Assembly (NCBI RefSeq): GCF_006345805.1
Contig: NC_043002.1
Span: 94,612,001 to 94,676,000 of the forward strand
DNA: 64,000 bases
Direction: 5' to 3'
DNA from: Octopus sinensis
Lineage: Eukaryota
Numbering within the stretch: position 1 is the first letter of the stretch; each line of letters opens with the position of its first letter. The notes beneath the pieces are model-generated. The model did not search any database, was not told the DNA's origin, and saw only the letters and a program-made list of their open reading frames with translations. Below, in pieces: positions 37,901 to 52,015 of this stretch. Position numbers and translations under genes: made by a program.

Positions 37901-38830
37901 TAGGTGGGAGGAGAAACCTCTGCACGGCAAATATGTGACCCGCAGCAAACAAGCTGATGTTGACCAGAAGCAAACCCATCAGTGGCTACGGAGCTCAGGG
38001 CTAAAAGCAGAGAGCGAAGGTTCATCCTGGCTGCTCAAGATCAAAGCCTATTAACCCGGAACTACCAGGCCAATGTGATGAAAAATGGAGCAGACCCAAA
38101 ATGCCGATTCTGCAACGACATGATTGAAACAGTGGACCACGTAATCTCTGGATGTAAAGTCTTAGCACCAGTGGAGTATAAATTAAGACATGACAGAGTT
38201 GGCCAATATCTCCACTGGCTAATAAGTCGGCATTACAATATCAAAACTGCCGACAAGTGGTATAATCACCACCCTGAGGCTGTAACTGAAGGAGAAAATG
38301 TAACCATTCTGTGGGACTTTCCAGTACATACAGACCGAACCATCAAGGCCAATAAACCAGATATTGTTGTGAAAGACCAAAACAATAAAGTTTGCTTATT
38401 GATCGACATGAGCATCCCCTGTGATCATAATATCTCAGCGAAAGAGTTTGACAAGCTCAGAAAATATAAAGACCTACTCATTGAAATTGAGAAAATGTGG
38501 CATCTCAAGGCGGTTACAATACCAGTGATCGTAGGAGCACTAGGAATGATCAAGAAGGGAACCGAAAATTATATGAGAATGATCCCTGGCTTACCATCCC
38601 TGCAAGAAGTGCAAAAGATTGTCTTAACTGGTACATCACACGTATTGAGAAGAGCATTGTTGATGTGAGAACTGTTGCTGCTCATGTATTTTAATTTAAC
38701 TTAAAAAAAAAAAAAAAATGAACGAACTATTGAGTTTGGTTTAATGGCCTACCAATGTATACTATGAGTTTCTTTGCCCTAGGGGTCGGGAAGACACTCG
38801 GCAAGAAATGGAAGCAAATTTGAAAGAAGA
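34904..38830 (+). mobile_element. Full-length R4/Dong-like RLE LINE
   Basis: Single disrupted ORF 35019-38668 plus a 3' UTR with the hairpin TTTCTTTGCC...GGCAAGAAA; followed by an A run and (AAT)n at 38840-38962. Confidence 0.93.
35019..38668 (+). pseudogene. R4/Dong ORF: Myb-like N-terminus, RT, CCHC, PD-(D/E)xK endonuclease
   Basis: KWTREEYKEVI (N-terminal), WKSPGKD, NYRPITCL, EQKGC, WIDYKKAFDS, GIFQGDSLSP, (Y->*)MDDLKL, CRFCNDMIETVDHVISGC, KPDIVVKD..IDMSIP. Three frameshifts and two internal stops. Confidence 0.92.
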
Positions 38831-38842
38831 AAAAAAAAAATA

Positions 38843-38892
<50 letters not shown>

Positions 38893-38964
38893 TGATGATG
38901 ATGATGATAATAATAACAACAACAACAACAACAACAACAATAATAATAATAATAATAATAACAA

Positions 38965-41900
38965 TACACCCCGAGATATTGAAATATCTGGTTGGCATCC
39001 GATGTGGTTAAGCCTGTCTCATGAGATGAAGGTGCCCCTTCAGCCTTGGTCGGCAACTCCTCTGGAGATGGTGTCTTAAAAAAAAAAACACCAGTGGTTG
39101 TATCACCTTAACACCAGAATCCTCATGAGTAAAAATGTCAAATGCAAGGTATTAAACAACGGCATGAATGGGGTTGCAACTGAAAACAGTGTATACGAGG
39201 GTAGGTGTAGACTCTCTAAGCATTGGTTAACCCACCTAGTGATAGTGTCACGATAAAAATATTGATGATTGCACCACCTTACAAATGCTACCTCTAAATG
39301 AGTGATGTCAAAATCAAATAATAATCACAACTGTGCTAACGGAACCGCAACTGTTAACAGTGAAGGTGTCGCGCACAGGAGGCAAGGCATGTCTGAACAA
39401 GCTCCGGCAGGGCGTCAGCAAGCGATTGATCAGGACCAGAATCGAAGTCAAAAGTGCAAAAGGAAAAAAATAAAATGAGAAAAAGAGGTGAACAAAACTA
39501 ATTGAATGCTGGTTGAGAAGTAAATCAAATAAAAGAGGTTTCGTAAAACGAATCAAGAAAGTATAGGAAAGAAAAGGAGTTTTTGAAGCATCTGCCCAGC
39601 GACTGATAGACCAGGTTAGGGCAATTCGTATGAACATATGGATTACAGGGCTAGAGGTTGAAGAAATCCTGAGAAAAATGAAAAATGAGAAGGGAGAAAG
39701 AGAAACAGCGGTAGCAGAAAATGGTAATGAAGTGGTAAGAAATAAAGAAGATGAATTTGAAGGTAATCACTATGTGCACGAGATTTCTGATGAAGTAAAT
39801 AGTGAGGATGATCTTTAAGGACAATAGTAACTGTTGCACAATATATAAATGATGAAGAGGAGATTCTAGAAATGCTGTGAGGTAAAATGTGTGACGGGAA
39901 CAATGAAGTACCACCAAATGTCAGATATATGGACAGAGGGAAAGTAAGGCGGGCCACAGCCAAAGTAAATGACGTTTTGAGCTTGATTAGAACAGAAAAT
40001 TCTAGTAAAACAAACCAGCTAATCATATTTGCTGCTAATGCTGTAGCTGACACAGTACGATACAAGCGGAAAACTAAAATGCAAGAAAGAACCAAACTGG
40101 AAGAAGAGAATACGATTGAAGTTGGAAAAGACACGGAAAAAAACTGGGGCAATTGAGTAGGATAATGAGAGGAGAGTTTAAGAATGAGGTAGTAATCAAA
40201 AAATGAATGGACAGTACAGGTTAGAAGAAAAGGGAGAACAAACAGTCCATGAAGAATCGTCACAAAGGATGACAGCGTTTGAGATCAAACTAAAAAGATA
40301 TGATGCTAGATGTACTAGCTTCATACAGAATAGGCTGTTCCAATCAAATAGAAGGTGGCTTTTTGAGGAAATAAAGGGGACCAACATCTCTGGGGAGAAC
40401 TGTGGAACAGGCCAGTGAGACATAAGGAAAATGCAGAGTGGTTAACACAGGTGGAAAGACAACTTACAACTATACCAAGACAAAAGAACGTCTCAGAATC
40501 GTTCTATGTACAGTGAGAATGAAGTTTTAAAAAATAGCAAATTCGAAAGGACCAGGCCCAGATGAGTACAAGGATGCTGGTTGAAGAACTTTACGCAGTT
40601 GCTTGAAAGGATCTCTGCGCAACTGGATAAATGCCTGCAGCATAGTCACGTTCCTACCTGGATGACGCAGTTAAGTTTCAAGAATCTATAGAAAGGTAAC
40701 TTGGCATAACATTTTCGACCTATAACCTGTTTACCACTTATGTGGAAGCTTATGACCGATGTCTTGGCAGAAAAGCTATATAATTGTCTAGAAAGTAACA
40801 TTCTGCTTCCAGAAACAAATTCAGGAAACAAAGTAGGGCAATAAAAATCACTTATTAGTTGATAAAAATGATAATTAGAAACTGTAGACGCAGATTAGCG
40901 GGGCTGAATGTAGCATGGTTAGATTACAAAAACGCATATGGTATGGTGCGGTACAGCTGGATGAATAAAACAATGAGCATGTTTGGCGTGGCAGAAAATA
41001 TGGAGAAAATTGTTAATGAAAGTATGAAACATTGGAATGTTGAATTGATTGGAAGAAAACAAAGACTTCGAAAAGGAGACATCAGTCGTGTAATATTTCA
41101 AGGTGATAACATATCTCCACTACTATGATACCGCTCCGTTCGATGTTATGGAAAGTTAAAATAGCTTACGATTTGGGAAAAGAATATGATTAGATAACCC
41201 ATCTTTTTATGGATGGTATAAAGTTTTATGCGCAAAATGAGAAACAGCTTGAAAATTTATACAAACTGTTCGTATTATCTCAAATGATGAAGGTGTAGGA
41301 TTTGAGATCGAAAAGTGCGCTATGTTGAAAATGAAACAAGGAAGATTTGAAGGAAAGCAGGGAATTGAAATGCCAAATGGGCAAACAATGAAGCTGTTAA
41401 GGAAGGACAGTAGTATAAATATTTGGGAATACTGGAAGCAGATGAAATAAAACGTGAAGAAATGAAACAAATTACCGGTAGGGAGTAGAGAAGGAGAGTA
41501 AGAGAATTATTGCAGTCAGAGCTGAATTTTAAAAAATATTATTGAAACAATAACTGCAAGAGACTGGACCAAAATGACATACAGAAACTTTAAAGGAAAA
41601 CTAGAAAGCTGTTGACGATGTATGGAACCCACCATCCGAAGCTGATATCAACCAGCTGTACCTGAAGAGAGACCTGGATGGAAGGGACCTAATTTCCGTG
41701 GAGGGACCTAATTGCCGTGGAAAGGACTTAATTGTCGTGGAAGGGACCTAATTGTCGCGGAAGGGTGTGTACAGATGAAAAGAAAAAGCCTGCTAGAATA
41801 TTTACAGAACAGCACCGAGAAACTACTAAAGACAGTGAGTAATGAATAGGTGATCAAATGTAGAACAGGAGAAAAGGACAAGAATGAAATTCAAAGAGAG

Positions 41901-42600
41901 CACGTTAGAAAGATTGAAGAGAAACCTCTGCATGGTCAATTTTGGAGAGCAACTGAAAAAGTATGTGGAACAAAATCCTGGGTTTGCTTAAAAAAAGGTT
42001 AATTAAAAAAGAAACAGAGAGCCTAATTGTAGCAGCTCAGGATCAAGTAATAAAAACAAACAACTTGAAGAAAGATTTATTTGCAGAGAATGTGTCAGAA
42101 AAATGTAGTGTCTGTGGAGCTTGAAACGAATGTCCCAAGTTGACACAGGAAGAATATAAGAAGTGGAGGCCTGACCAAGTAGCAAAAGTTTTACACTGAA
42201 TGCTAAGAAATAGAGATTTGAAGCTAGGGACACACGCTATGAACATCGGGTCGAAAGAGAGCTGGAGTCGGAGAAATGTGCGATTCTGTGGGACTTTTCT
42301 ATTCAAACGGACAAGAAACTAGGAAATAACTGGCCATGCATAGCAATCATTGACCTAGAAAAGCGAAGTTGCCTACTAATTGATCCATCATCTCCATTTG
42401 ATTCCAGGATCGTAAAGAAAGAAGATGAAAAAAAATACAGTCTTAAAATTTGAAATTGCAAAAATTTGGAATATGAAAATTGTAAAAGTGGTGCGTTAGG
42501 AAATTGAAATAGAGCTTCTGCAAAGAGTTTGCCTCTGAGGGACAGGAAAGATTATCAGACTGTTGAAAAATTATGGATGTCTAAGGTTACAGGCAGTAAT
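38965..42600 (+). mobile_element. Old, heavily degenerate, near full-length R4/Dong-like LINE (another family)
   Basis: Fragments [73 protein letters not shown] and ILWDFSIQTD. Confidence 0.8.
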
Positions 42601-43314
42601 CCACTATCCATATAAATTCTACCAAGAGTAGGAAAGAATCTCAAACCCGCACCTCCAGTGGTAACGATCAACTATTACCTACAACAAATATGTTAGGGTA
42701 AAAGAGTAAAATGGGAGAAAGTATTGTTTGATTACAGTTGGTTGAATGGTTATCAGGTTCTTGGGAATTTCACTCACTCTGCACATGCACACACTCAAAC
42801 ACACGCCGTCGCGATGACATCTAACACGCGTTGCTACAGATATTGCAATCAACCTTATTCTAGTATTGTTGTTGTCCGCTGGTTATACAAAAGACGGCAT
42901 ATTGTTGGTAATGTGTTGGAGGTGTTGGTTGTATTCACTTTTGAGTTGAAGATGGCGTTGGAGAACAAAAATTGTTTTCACTTCTATAGATAGAAGATCT
43001 CAAATAAAAGGATAACAGCGTTACGGGGTGAGATGAGTGATTACGGTCAGGTGTGGGGCTATCAGGTTGGTTGACTTAAACTATAACACTCTACACTTTA
43101 CTGCCACACATGTAAACTAACATACACACTCATACATACAAACAAATTCTCTGTTGTGCTTACATCCAAAATATGCAGCTACAAGTATTGCTATAAAATT
43201 GATCCTACGACTATTGTTACCAGTTGGTTAATCAAAAAACGGCGAGTTAGTAGCAGCGTTAGTGATAGTGATAGAACATATTGGTGATGATGGCGTTGCC
43301 ATATTGTTTTTGTA

Positions 43315-43620
43315 CGAGGGGCGTTCAATAAGTAATTCACGATGCCAGCGTTTTACAAGATCATATGATGGGGCATCATCACCATAAGTTACTTTCATTT
43401 CATCAAAAGTCTCCCGTGGTGTGCGTCCTTTCAAATACAAAAACCGGATCACTGCTCGACACTCAACAGGCTCCATTTCACACTTGACTCAGTTCAAACA
43501 CCTGTAAATCAGAAACCACAATTAGTTCAGAGCTGTAATTTGCCACTTACTCTATAGATCAAACAGCCAGATCAAACAACTGCAAGTGGGTCAGGGGCAT
43601 CACTTATTGAACGTCCCTCG
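43315..43620 (-). mobile_element. Internally deleted mariner (306 bp) with both TIRs and TA TSDs
   Basis: TA|CGAGGGGCGTTCAATAAGT ... ACTTATTGAACGTCCCTCG|TA (1 mismatch). Encodes MEPVECRAVIRFLYLKGRTPRETFDEMKVTYGDDAPSYDLVKRWHRE (mariner HTH). Confidence 0.92.
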
Positions 43621-43788
43621 TAAGCTGCATTTCTTTTGTTATGTTCAAGTAAACCATCATTCCCCTAAAATCAAAGACATTTCATTCGACCTTTAAATAC
43701 ACTACAATGGCCCATTATCTAATGACATTGTCATTTATTTTAGATGAAGCTGTTTATCTCCTATTTACTATTATTATTATTATTATTA

Positions 43789-43825
<37 letters not shown>

Positions 43826-44744
43826 TATTATTATTATTATTATTATTATCATTATTATTATTATTATTTATGTGATCATAAAATGGTTGACGGTTTGTTA
43901 ATGGCGGTTGTTGTATTAGTTTCGGTGCGTTCATGGGAGTTCTATTGGTGTTGAAGATAAATAGTGGCTGTGGTGAAGGTTGATTGTATACGAATATATG
44001 AATAATTTCGAGAGAGAGAAAGAGGGAAGGAGAGAGAGAAAAAAAGAAAGAAAGAAAGAAAGAAAGAAAGGGGGAGGGGAGATGGATACTTATTGTGACC
44101 CACGAAAATATAGACAAATGCACGAATGAATAGTCAAAGTGAAAAGTTCGACCTCACATTCTCTAATGTTTATGGTGACGCATACATAAACACACATTTA
44201 GATGCGTGTTTTTTCTGGTATGTATGTGTGTGTGAGCGCGCGCGCATGAGAAATATCCTACCTCACTCTCTCATAAGTCTTTATGTATAATGATGCACAT
44301 ACGATCACTTAATGTTTAAATATATATGTACACATACATAGTTGTTATGTATGTTATATATTTACATACATATGTGGGTTGGTGCGCACGTTCGTGTGTG
44401 TCATTATGGTTTTTCAAATTATCTTCTATATTTAGATGTTATCTAAAACGTTGGGAAATAATCTTTTGGCTGAAAAGAAAGTTAGTTTTGTATTGTTATA
44501 TATATGTGTGTACGTATATATAAATGTATATATATATTTGTTGTGCAAGATTTTTTTATGCGAAATCGTGTGTTGAAACAGATATTGTTGTATTTCGGAA
44601 TGGTCATTTTGCCAGTTTAGCCAATAAAAACACACGCACTATATATTTGGTGTTACTTTGCTTCAGTGTTATTTATTTTTTACATTAAATATAATCTTAT
44701 TTCGGCCAGAGTTCTTTCGTCACACTCCTGACACCGTATCAATG

Positions 44745-44752
<8 letters not shown>

Positions 44753-44799
<47 letters not shown>

Positions 44800-44976
44800 G
44801 TATGTATGTATGTATGTATGTATGTATGTATTATGTATGTATGTATGTATGTATGTATGTATGTATGTATGTATGTTTGTATGCATGTTTGTATGTTTGT
44901 ATGCATGTTTGTATGCTTGCATGTATGTATATCTATATTTATAAAATTCACTGTGTGTCTGTGTTTTATATATATA

Positions 44977-45036
<60 letters not shown>
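44753..45036. repeat. (TA)n/(TATG)n microsatellite block
   Basis: Direct reading. Confidence 0.95.
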
Positions 45037-45040
<4 letters not shown>

Positions 45041-45749
45041 AGATTTAGATTAAGCAGAAAATGAAGAAATATTGATCAACTACAACTAACTACCATCGAT
45101 AATTAAATTTTAATACAAAACTTTAGCCCATCTAACAGCCATTTCTGCTTCCAATATCCTACAGCGTTGCCAAAGAAAGTTCTGAGAATAATATTTGTCA
45201 TATTTTGTAGCACATCCGATCTGGAACATGGCGCTTCATCAGAGTGAAGAAAAACATAAAATAAAAGAAAAGAAAAAAAGAAGAGCCTGAGAAGAGGAAT
45301 GAAGACTTAATTTATTTGAATCATACCACTTTGCAGTGTAGCGCTTCAGGCCGCTGAGTAAATGACTAAGCTGGGAATATTAATTGGTGGGTTAATATTT
45401 CTGTAGGAGTAACAGGGTGTATAAATAATAAATAAAGTAAAGTATGTACTTTACCATGGCAGGATACGCCAATAGGTCTAGAAAAAGAGGGAGTGATAGT
45501 GCCATAACGTTTAGAAGTAATCATAATAGTTCTTAAGATTATGTTAATAGTACTAATTAATATTTATCGAAATAAAATGCCCATCAATTAATTATCTTTA
45601 TTTACTTACTGGTATATTATAAAGACCAACCACCTATTGTCCATAATAGGATTGACTAAAGAAAGTCCAGCTTGCAATACAATAGGTCAGTTAAATTTGA
45701 AAACAAAGGGCAAGCTATTAAGAAATTCTAGGACTTCACCAGACCCAAT

Positions 45750-46080
45750 TTCTGACTTCCTAATCCCCTCCGTTGCAATCCTATGGATTATTATGTGTGA
45801 CGAACAGTTGAGAAAGACACTAACTGCTCTGCCTATGTAGCCAAGATCAAAAAGGTTTCCGAAGATCTCCTCATGGACACAGTGAGGAACGCATGCGCCA
45901 GATTCGAGAGTTGTTTTGAGGCCGTGGTGGAAGCTGGGGGTATCTAGTTTGAGTAAGCTTTTTATTTCCCAGTTGCAATCTTATTGATATTTTTTGATTT
46001 TTTAAAAATACTTTTATGTATGAATGGGATACTTTATCTTCCTTTTACACAAACTATCAAATTTAACCCAAACACCTTAT
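45750..46080 (+). mobile_element. Tc1/mariner (maT/DD37D-like) transposase C-terminal remnant
   Basis: F*LPNPLRCNPMDYYV*RTVEKDTN..VRNACARFESCFEAVVEAGGI*FE* (45750-45956) matches the WPPNSPDCNPMDYYVW...RLEAVV..GGYFE tail. Confidence 0.7.
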
Positions 46081-46139
46081 ATATATGAACTCGGCTGATC
46101 GTCAGATGTATCCTACATATGACCGAAGCTGTTCTACGT

Positions 46140-46345
46140 AACTTTACAAGTCAGCAATGTCCGGACATTGAACGAGCATGCGGAACGGTTTCGTCGCTCT
46201 GCACATATCTCGGACAAATCCGTCTGACACCACATCTGTGCCTGTAAAAATGTTTTTGAACCGGTAGCACATTTTGATAGTTATGCCATGCTGGAAATTA
46301 TCTATGGTTGTTCCTAACCGGAAAGTCCTCCAGAGCAGACTAGGT
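46140..46345 (-). mobile_element. Tx1-like ORF2 3' fragment (left part of the copy split by Gypsy)
   Basis: GAACGGTTTCGTCGCTCTG and flanks match the CPRC/ET..HAL region of Tx1 copies A-C. Confidence 0.7.
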
Positions 46346-46351
46346 AGTCCA

Positions 46352-49048
46352 TTTTCGTTGACATTATGTCGGATTGTTATAATGCCCACTCAGGTACAGC
46401 AGTATAGTTAGTAAGACAAGTAAGACCACAACTAACCCTAACCCTAGCCCTAACGCTAACCCTAATTCATAGCGACTAGCACATACCATTCGTCACGTGG
46501 GAGGGGTGTACTATTATTACAAGTATGCCCCATAACATTTCAGGTATCACTACTCTCTGTGCATACATCAGTACGCCATCACAAATAGGTTCACGTCTTT
46601 GTTTCGTTTCACACCAATCGTGTTCCTCTACTTTTTCTGACCACAGTGTTCTTTTCATTTCTGTTATGAATTTGTCCTTTACCGCATTTCACTTTATTTC
46701 TTCTAGGGTTACCGGTAATTTGCGTACCATATTCCACATTACATTTTTTATTTCTCCTTCTGCTCTTAAGTTGCAATTACCGTATCTTCGAATGACTCGC
46801 AGTGTTTCGGTATCAGTCTGGACAAACCCCCCGCACACCCTAACTTTCTTGACTGTAAATATTTCATTTTGTTGTCATAATTCAATAATGTAGTGCCCCA
46901 TCACTGTAATCTATTTGCAGGGTGTTGGTATTCCATTTTTAGAACCGTATATTGACAGTAGTGGGCGATGATCCGTTTGTAGACAGAAGCTTCTATAAAT
47001 AAATCTATGGAATTTAATAATGAATATGATTGCTGATCCTTCCTCTTCTATCTGACTATAGTTCCTTTCAGTTGGTAATGATGATCGCGACGCATGAGTT
47101 ATAGCCTTTTTACTGCCATCATCATATTTGTGCAGAAGCACGACCAATATAATATCCAACTTTGGGTCAAAATACGTTAACAATAAGTTCAACACCATTT
47201 TGTATTTTCCTCTAACATTGAGCATGGCTCTTACATTATGTATATTGGGAATACAAATTTGATAATAATTTACTAAACCCCAAAATGCTTGTAGCATAGT
47301 CACATTATTCGGCGTGGGCATATTTTTTATCGCAGTTGCTCTGGATGGATCCGGTATCCGTCCGTTTTATCTATTATTTGGCCCAAGTATTTAATTTTTT
47401 TTTCATAAAGAACTAGCATTTTCCTTCCGTTAACTTGAAACCGTATTCTCTAATCTTCTTGAATACCTTTTCAACGTGTTCTATATGCTGTTCATGGGAT
47501 TTGCTTTTTATTAGAATACCATCTAAATAAGCGATAGCAAAATCGGTCACCCAGCATTGTATCGATTACTTGCTGAAATATGGAAGGAGAAACTTTTAAA
47601 TTGACAGTTTTCTTCAGATGTAAACCTCCACGTGCAAAACATGGGTTTTTTCCCGATTCTTGTCCTGTTTGTGCTGCATTTTAGTACACACTTGATTTTT
47701 ATTCTGCTTATTTCGCATTTGTTTCACTTGGGAGCAATTTCTATGCTCGATTTTCTCTGTGCCATGTCTTAAATTTACCATTCTTTCACACTCTTCTGAC
47801 ACTTGATTTTGTTCCAGCTCTGCGAGAATTCTTGTTCTTACTTTTGCGTCATTTTCTACAGTTAGTTCCTAAGTAAATATCAGGCACTTGAACATATCTA
47901 GCGTTAATTTGTCTTGCTTGAACTTTTCACGTTTCTTGTTAACTCTACCAGCATATGTGATGTAGTCCCCCTCGTTATTCTTTTCTAGATTCAAGCATCT
48001 CCAGCGTGTGTGGAGGCACATGGCCTAGTGGTTAGAGCAGTGGACTCACGGTCGAGGGATCGCGGGTTCGAATCTCAGACCGGGCGATGTATGTGTTTAT
48101 GAGCGAAATACCTAAGCTCCACGCAGCTCCGGCAGGAGGTAATGGTGAACTCCTGCTGATTCTTTCGCCACAATTTTCTCTCACTCTTTCCTCCTGCATC
48201 TTGCAGCTCACCTGCGTCGGACCGGCGTCCCGTCCAGGTGGGGAACCTATACGCCAAGAAACCGGGAAACCGGCCCTTATGAGCCAGGCATGGCTCGAGA
48301 AGGAACAAACAACAACAAATCTCCAGCGTGTATTGAACAATGAGCTTTACTCACTAAAAATCTTGCACATGTGTATTGCATCTGTAAAGTTTGTGTCAGA
48401 AGGTTTTTTTCGGGAGTGCATAATTGCTGTAACGCTCATGTTCTTCTGCTGCCAGTTTTCTTAAGATTAAACGCGTTTTCATATCGTCGTCCCAGTCTTT
48501 GCACCCTTTATTGAGTAATCCTCGAGGTAGCTCCTTCGTCTGGTTGTACTTAAACTCAGTTTTCGAGTTTGCAACATAATCTGGTGAGAATATCTTTTCA
48601 GTATTTTCTGACGACCTACTGTACATTAATTGCAGGTTTGTTGTTGTAATAGTAAATGTTGTTGTTCTTGCAGTTGCAGCTGCTGCCATTGTTGTTCTTG
48701 CAGTTGCAGCTGCTGCCATTGTTGTTCTTTCAGTTGCTATTGTTGCTGTTTTTCCTACTCGAGCAAACCGGCCAACAAATTTTCCATAAAATTCGTACAA
48801 AAAAAATAATATTTTGTGAGTTTCTTAATACCTCGTCGCCACTGTTGTAATCCTTTATGTCGAATTGTTATAACGCCCACTCTGGTGTAGCGGTGTAGTT
48901 AGTAAGACAAGTAAGACCACGACTATCTATGACCGTCTACTTCGTACTCTGTCCTGACACTGACCGACGTCACCTCATTAATAGCGACTACCACATACCA
49001 TTCGCCACGTGAGAGGAGTGAAACATTATTACTATTATCCCCATAACA
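46352..49048 (-). mobile_element. Gypsy LTR retrotransposon, internally deleted
   Basis: 5' LTR 48843-49048 (TG...CA), PBS TGGCGACGAGG (48831-48841), gag (KDWDDDMKTRLILRKLAAEEHERYSNYALPKK), RNase H (HASRS..ERNYSQIEEEG..TDHRPLL), linker DGVLMYAQRVVIP, and a 3' LTR at about 46352-46537. Integrase is absent. Confidence 0.88.
48011..48318 (+). mobile_element. tRNA-derived SINE with a 13-bp TSD, inserted in Gypsy gag
   Basis: Box A TGGCCTAGTGG, box B GGTTCGAATC, (CAA)n tail; TSD ATCTCCAGCGTGT at 47998-48010 and 48319-48331. Confidence 0.92.
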
Positions 49049-50560
49049 AACTTCCAGAGTTTCCTCGAGAACATAGTCACACTTCTCCCTCACTAATCCT
49101 CTATATATTGTTAAAGTGGAAACTTCACCGATCTCAATGCCAAGAAGTTCAACTGGTCCATCAGTTCAGCATCCAATAACCTCGTCCGACGACATTCCAG
49201 GTGCCCAGCTGCAAGCCAACCGACTTGCCACCAATATACCATTTTTAGAATGGTGCCGACCGTCTCCACTGAGGCAGAGTCCGACGCCATGATGGTAACG
49301 CCATCTGCGTACACCGACACTGCCTTACCGGGAGTCTGTTTAAAAGGCATGTCCTTCAATTGTTACAACTTCCGTGGCAGTGTCTTGAGAGCCAACATAT
49401 ACAGAATGGGCGAGAGCGGACAGCCTTAACGAAACAAATGTGTGATGCGCAACGGTTCCGGTAGATGGTCGTTTACTTCGACCACTGAGTAAGTACCACT
49501 GGTCATTGCAGCGATCCCGCTTTGAAAACAGGTCCAAATCCGATTGATTTAAGGACGTCAAGTAACGATGGTCGACCATATCGAACGTTTTCGACTAATA
49601 CAGATTGATTAGAGCCCTACCGAAGCCAGCTTAGGTCCTATCCCACGTATGAGGTATCGCATAAAGTGGGCGTTGTTGTGGATGGACCTAATCGGGAATG
49701 TGCATATTTGCACTTCCCCGACTCAACCACCGACAATAAACGCTAACCTTTCCACTACCACCTTTGCCAAAATCTTAAACTCTGTGCTTAGCAGAGTTGT
49801 GAACTGAAAATTTCTTACCACGTCCCTTTTGTCGACATCCTTTTACAACAGTATTACCACTTCCCGGCTCACAGAACTAGGAATTCTGCCATTCTGATGC
49901 TATTTAACGGTATACACCTGTTAAGCGGCTACCAAACAAATCTGGCATGAATTCGAAAATTCATAGGAAAAACCATCCAAAGCGAGTGATTTTGCACAAC
50001 TGCTTAACTCAACAGCTTTTCGCTGATCTCGTTTCTACTGCCTAGAGCCGTGAAAGGCTATCCAGATGGGAACTAAAGTCCACTACAGTTGCTCTAACAA
50101 ACGGTCGCTCGAGTGCTACTGGAAAGTCGTACACATCTCCTCGGAACCGAGTAACACGTGCCTGTCCCGGTTCGTCAAAGACTTGATCGTGGTTTTGCTG
50201 CAACGTGGTATCTCTTCCGTTGAACCCATCAGGCAGCTTTAATTCCTCGTGTTTAGATGCACTGATCTTAGCTCTGACACCGCAGCTCTCGTGTTTCGCC
50301 TCGAAGAAATGGACAAGGAGTATTCTTGCCGTTAACACGTCGGTTGGGATGCCTTTACTAATACTATAGGTTGCTAACTTGTTCTCCCTCTTCTTATTCA
50401 TACCTCTTTACTCAACGCTAAGGCTTTAATCTAATTGCTCTCTTTAAGGCGACCCACCACTGGTTGTTGACGATTACCCCGTCAACTGTCGCTTAATAAG
50501 TTTACTAATCTGGTCCCTGTAGTCTTTGCGTGCCGGTAAGGACCGTTCAACTTCCTCTAA
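49049..50560 (-). mobile_element. Degenerate Tx1-like ORF2 (RT region)
   Basis: AVSVYADGVTIM, MVDHRYL, LLSTEFKILAKVVVERLAFI, HFFEAKHESCGVR and VNNQWWV, matching copy A. Confidence 0.8.
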
Positions 50561-51021
50561 CTGGCTCCCTGTCTATAAATCCAATCTAAATAGATTGAGC
50601 AGGTAATACATTTTGTGGTTTCTGTAGCAGATCCAATCCGCTGTCCTAAATACGATTCGTCTGTCTTACTGAATTTCATAAAGTCAGTGTGAATCATATT
50701 AATTTGTGAGTGAATACTCTCCATTGAATAAACAAAAGTGCATGTATATTTATGTACAACACCCAAATTTCTTTTGTATGCAACCTCATTCTTGAATATA
50801 TCAGCAACCCTGAGAAGTAATGCGGTGATTTTCAAAGTAAACTAGACATAACAAACTATTTTTTTACCTACACTTGATTACATTTTCTGAAAAGATAATA
50901 AGTATTGACGCCTTCTATTACATTGACATCAAACTGCCAGCACAAAATTTTCTATTCAAGTAACATTTAACCTGTATGTAACTAACGTAAGGTATGTAGG
51001 AGTCCTCTCTCACTCTCTTGT

Positions 51022-51263
51022 ATATATATATATCACCGTGGTCACCGTGACCGACCAGGCTATCAGATGTTGTTACATATCGCTGGTCACTATGCGCTTC
51101 GCATTGTTTTAGCCTTCAAATGACGCCACCACCCCCTGCCGGAGCCTCGTGGAGCTTTAGGTGTTTTCGCTCAATAAACACTCACAACGCCCGGTCTGGG
51201 AATCGAAACCGCGATCCTACGACCGCGAGACCGCTGCCCTAACCACTGGGCCATTGCGCCTCC
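51022..51263 (-). mobile_element. tRNA-derived SINE
   Basis: Minus-strand head GGAGGCGCAATGGCCCAGTGGTTAGGGCAGCG...GGTTTCGATTCCC; same head as 59041. Confidence 0.85.
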
Positions 51264-51268
51264 ATATG

Positions 51269-51332
<64 letters not shown>

Positions 51333-51695
51333 ATATAATATATATATATATAATATATATATATACATATAAATCTCCCTCTCTCTCTATATATATATAT
51401 ATATAGATCTATACATATACATCTATATATATATACACCTATATGTATACATCTTTATATATATACATACATATATATACATAGATATATATGTACACAT
51501 ATATATGCACATATATAGATGAATACATATAGTTATAATATATGTATATATTCATATATATACACACACATATATACATATATATACATGCATATATACA
51601 TGCATATACATAAAAATTTATATTTATACATGTATGTATATACACCTATATACATACATATATATGTGCAGATGTATATACACATATATACATGC

Positions 51696-51772
<77 letters not shown>

Positions 51773-51846
51773 TCTTATTTTGATTATATACGTATATATA
51801 TATATGTATATATGTAATACACATATGTGCATGTATGTGTGCATGC

Positions 51847-51902
<56 letters not shown>

Positions 51903-51973
51903 TCTTATTTTGATTATATACGTATATATATATATGTATATATGTAATACACATATGTGCATGTATGTGTGCA

Positions 51974-52015
<42 letters not shown>

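Noticed and set aside
42660-44300. Possible promoter or 5' UTR of a host gene
   Set aside because: It looks non-TE apart from the mariner, but there is no supportable ORF, splice structure or promoter motif.
44690-44735. Minus-strand GTGACGA...GAAA hammerhead-like motif (similar weak cases at about 45160-45245 and 62640-62695)
   Set aside because: Core positions are mutated and the stems do not pair; at most decayed relics.
48011-48085. tRNA genes at the SINE heads (also 51190-51263, 52796-52855 and 59041-59115)
   Set aside because: The A/B boxes continue into SINE bodies with tails and a TSD; I found no complete cloverleaf with a terminator.
50976-50991. Shared 16-mer ATGTAACTAACGTAAG (also 62154-62169) as duplicated exon/donor sites of a host gene
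   Set aside because: The flanks are not homologous and no recognisable protein results; a splice-like motif alone is insufficient.
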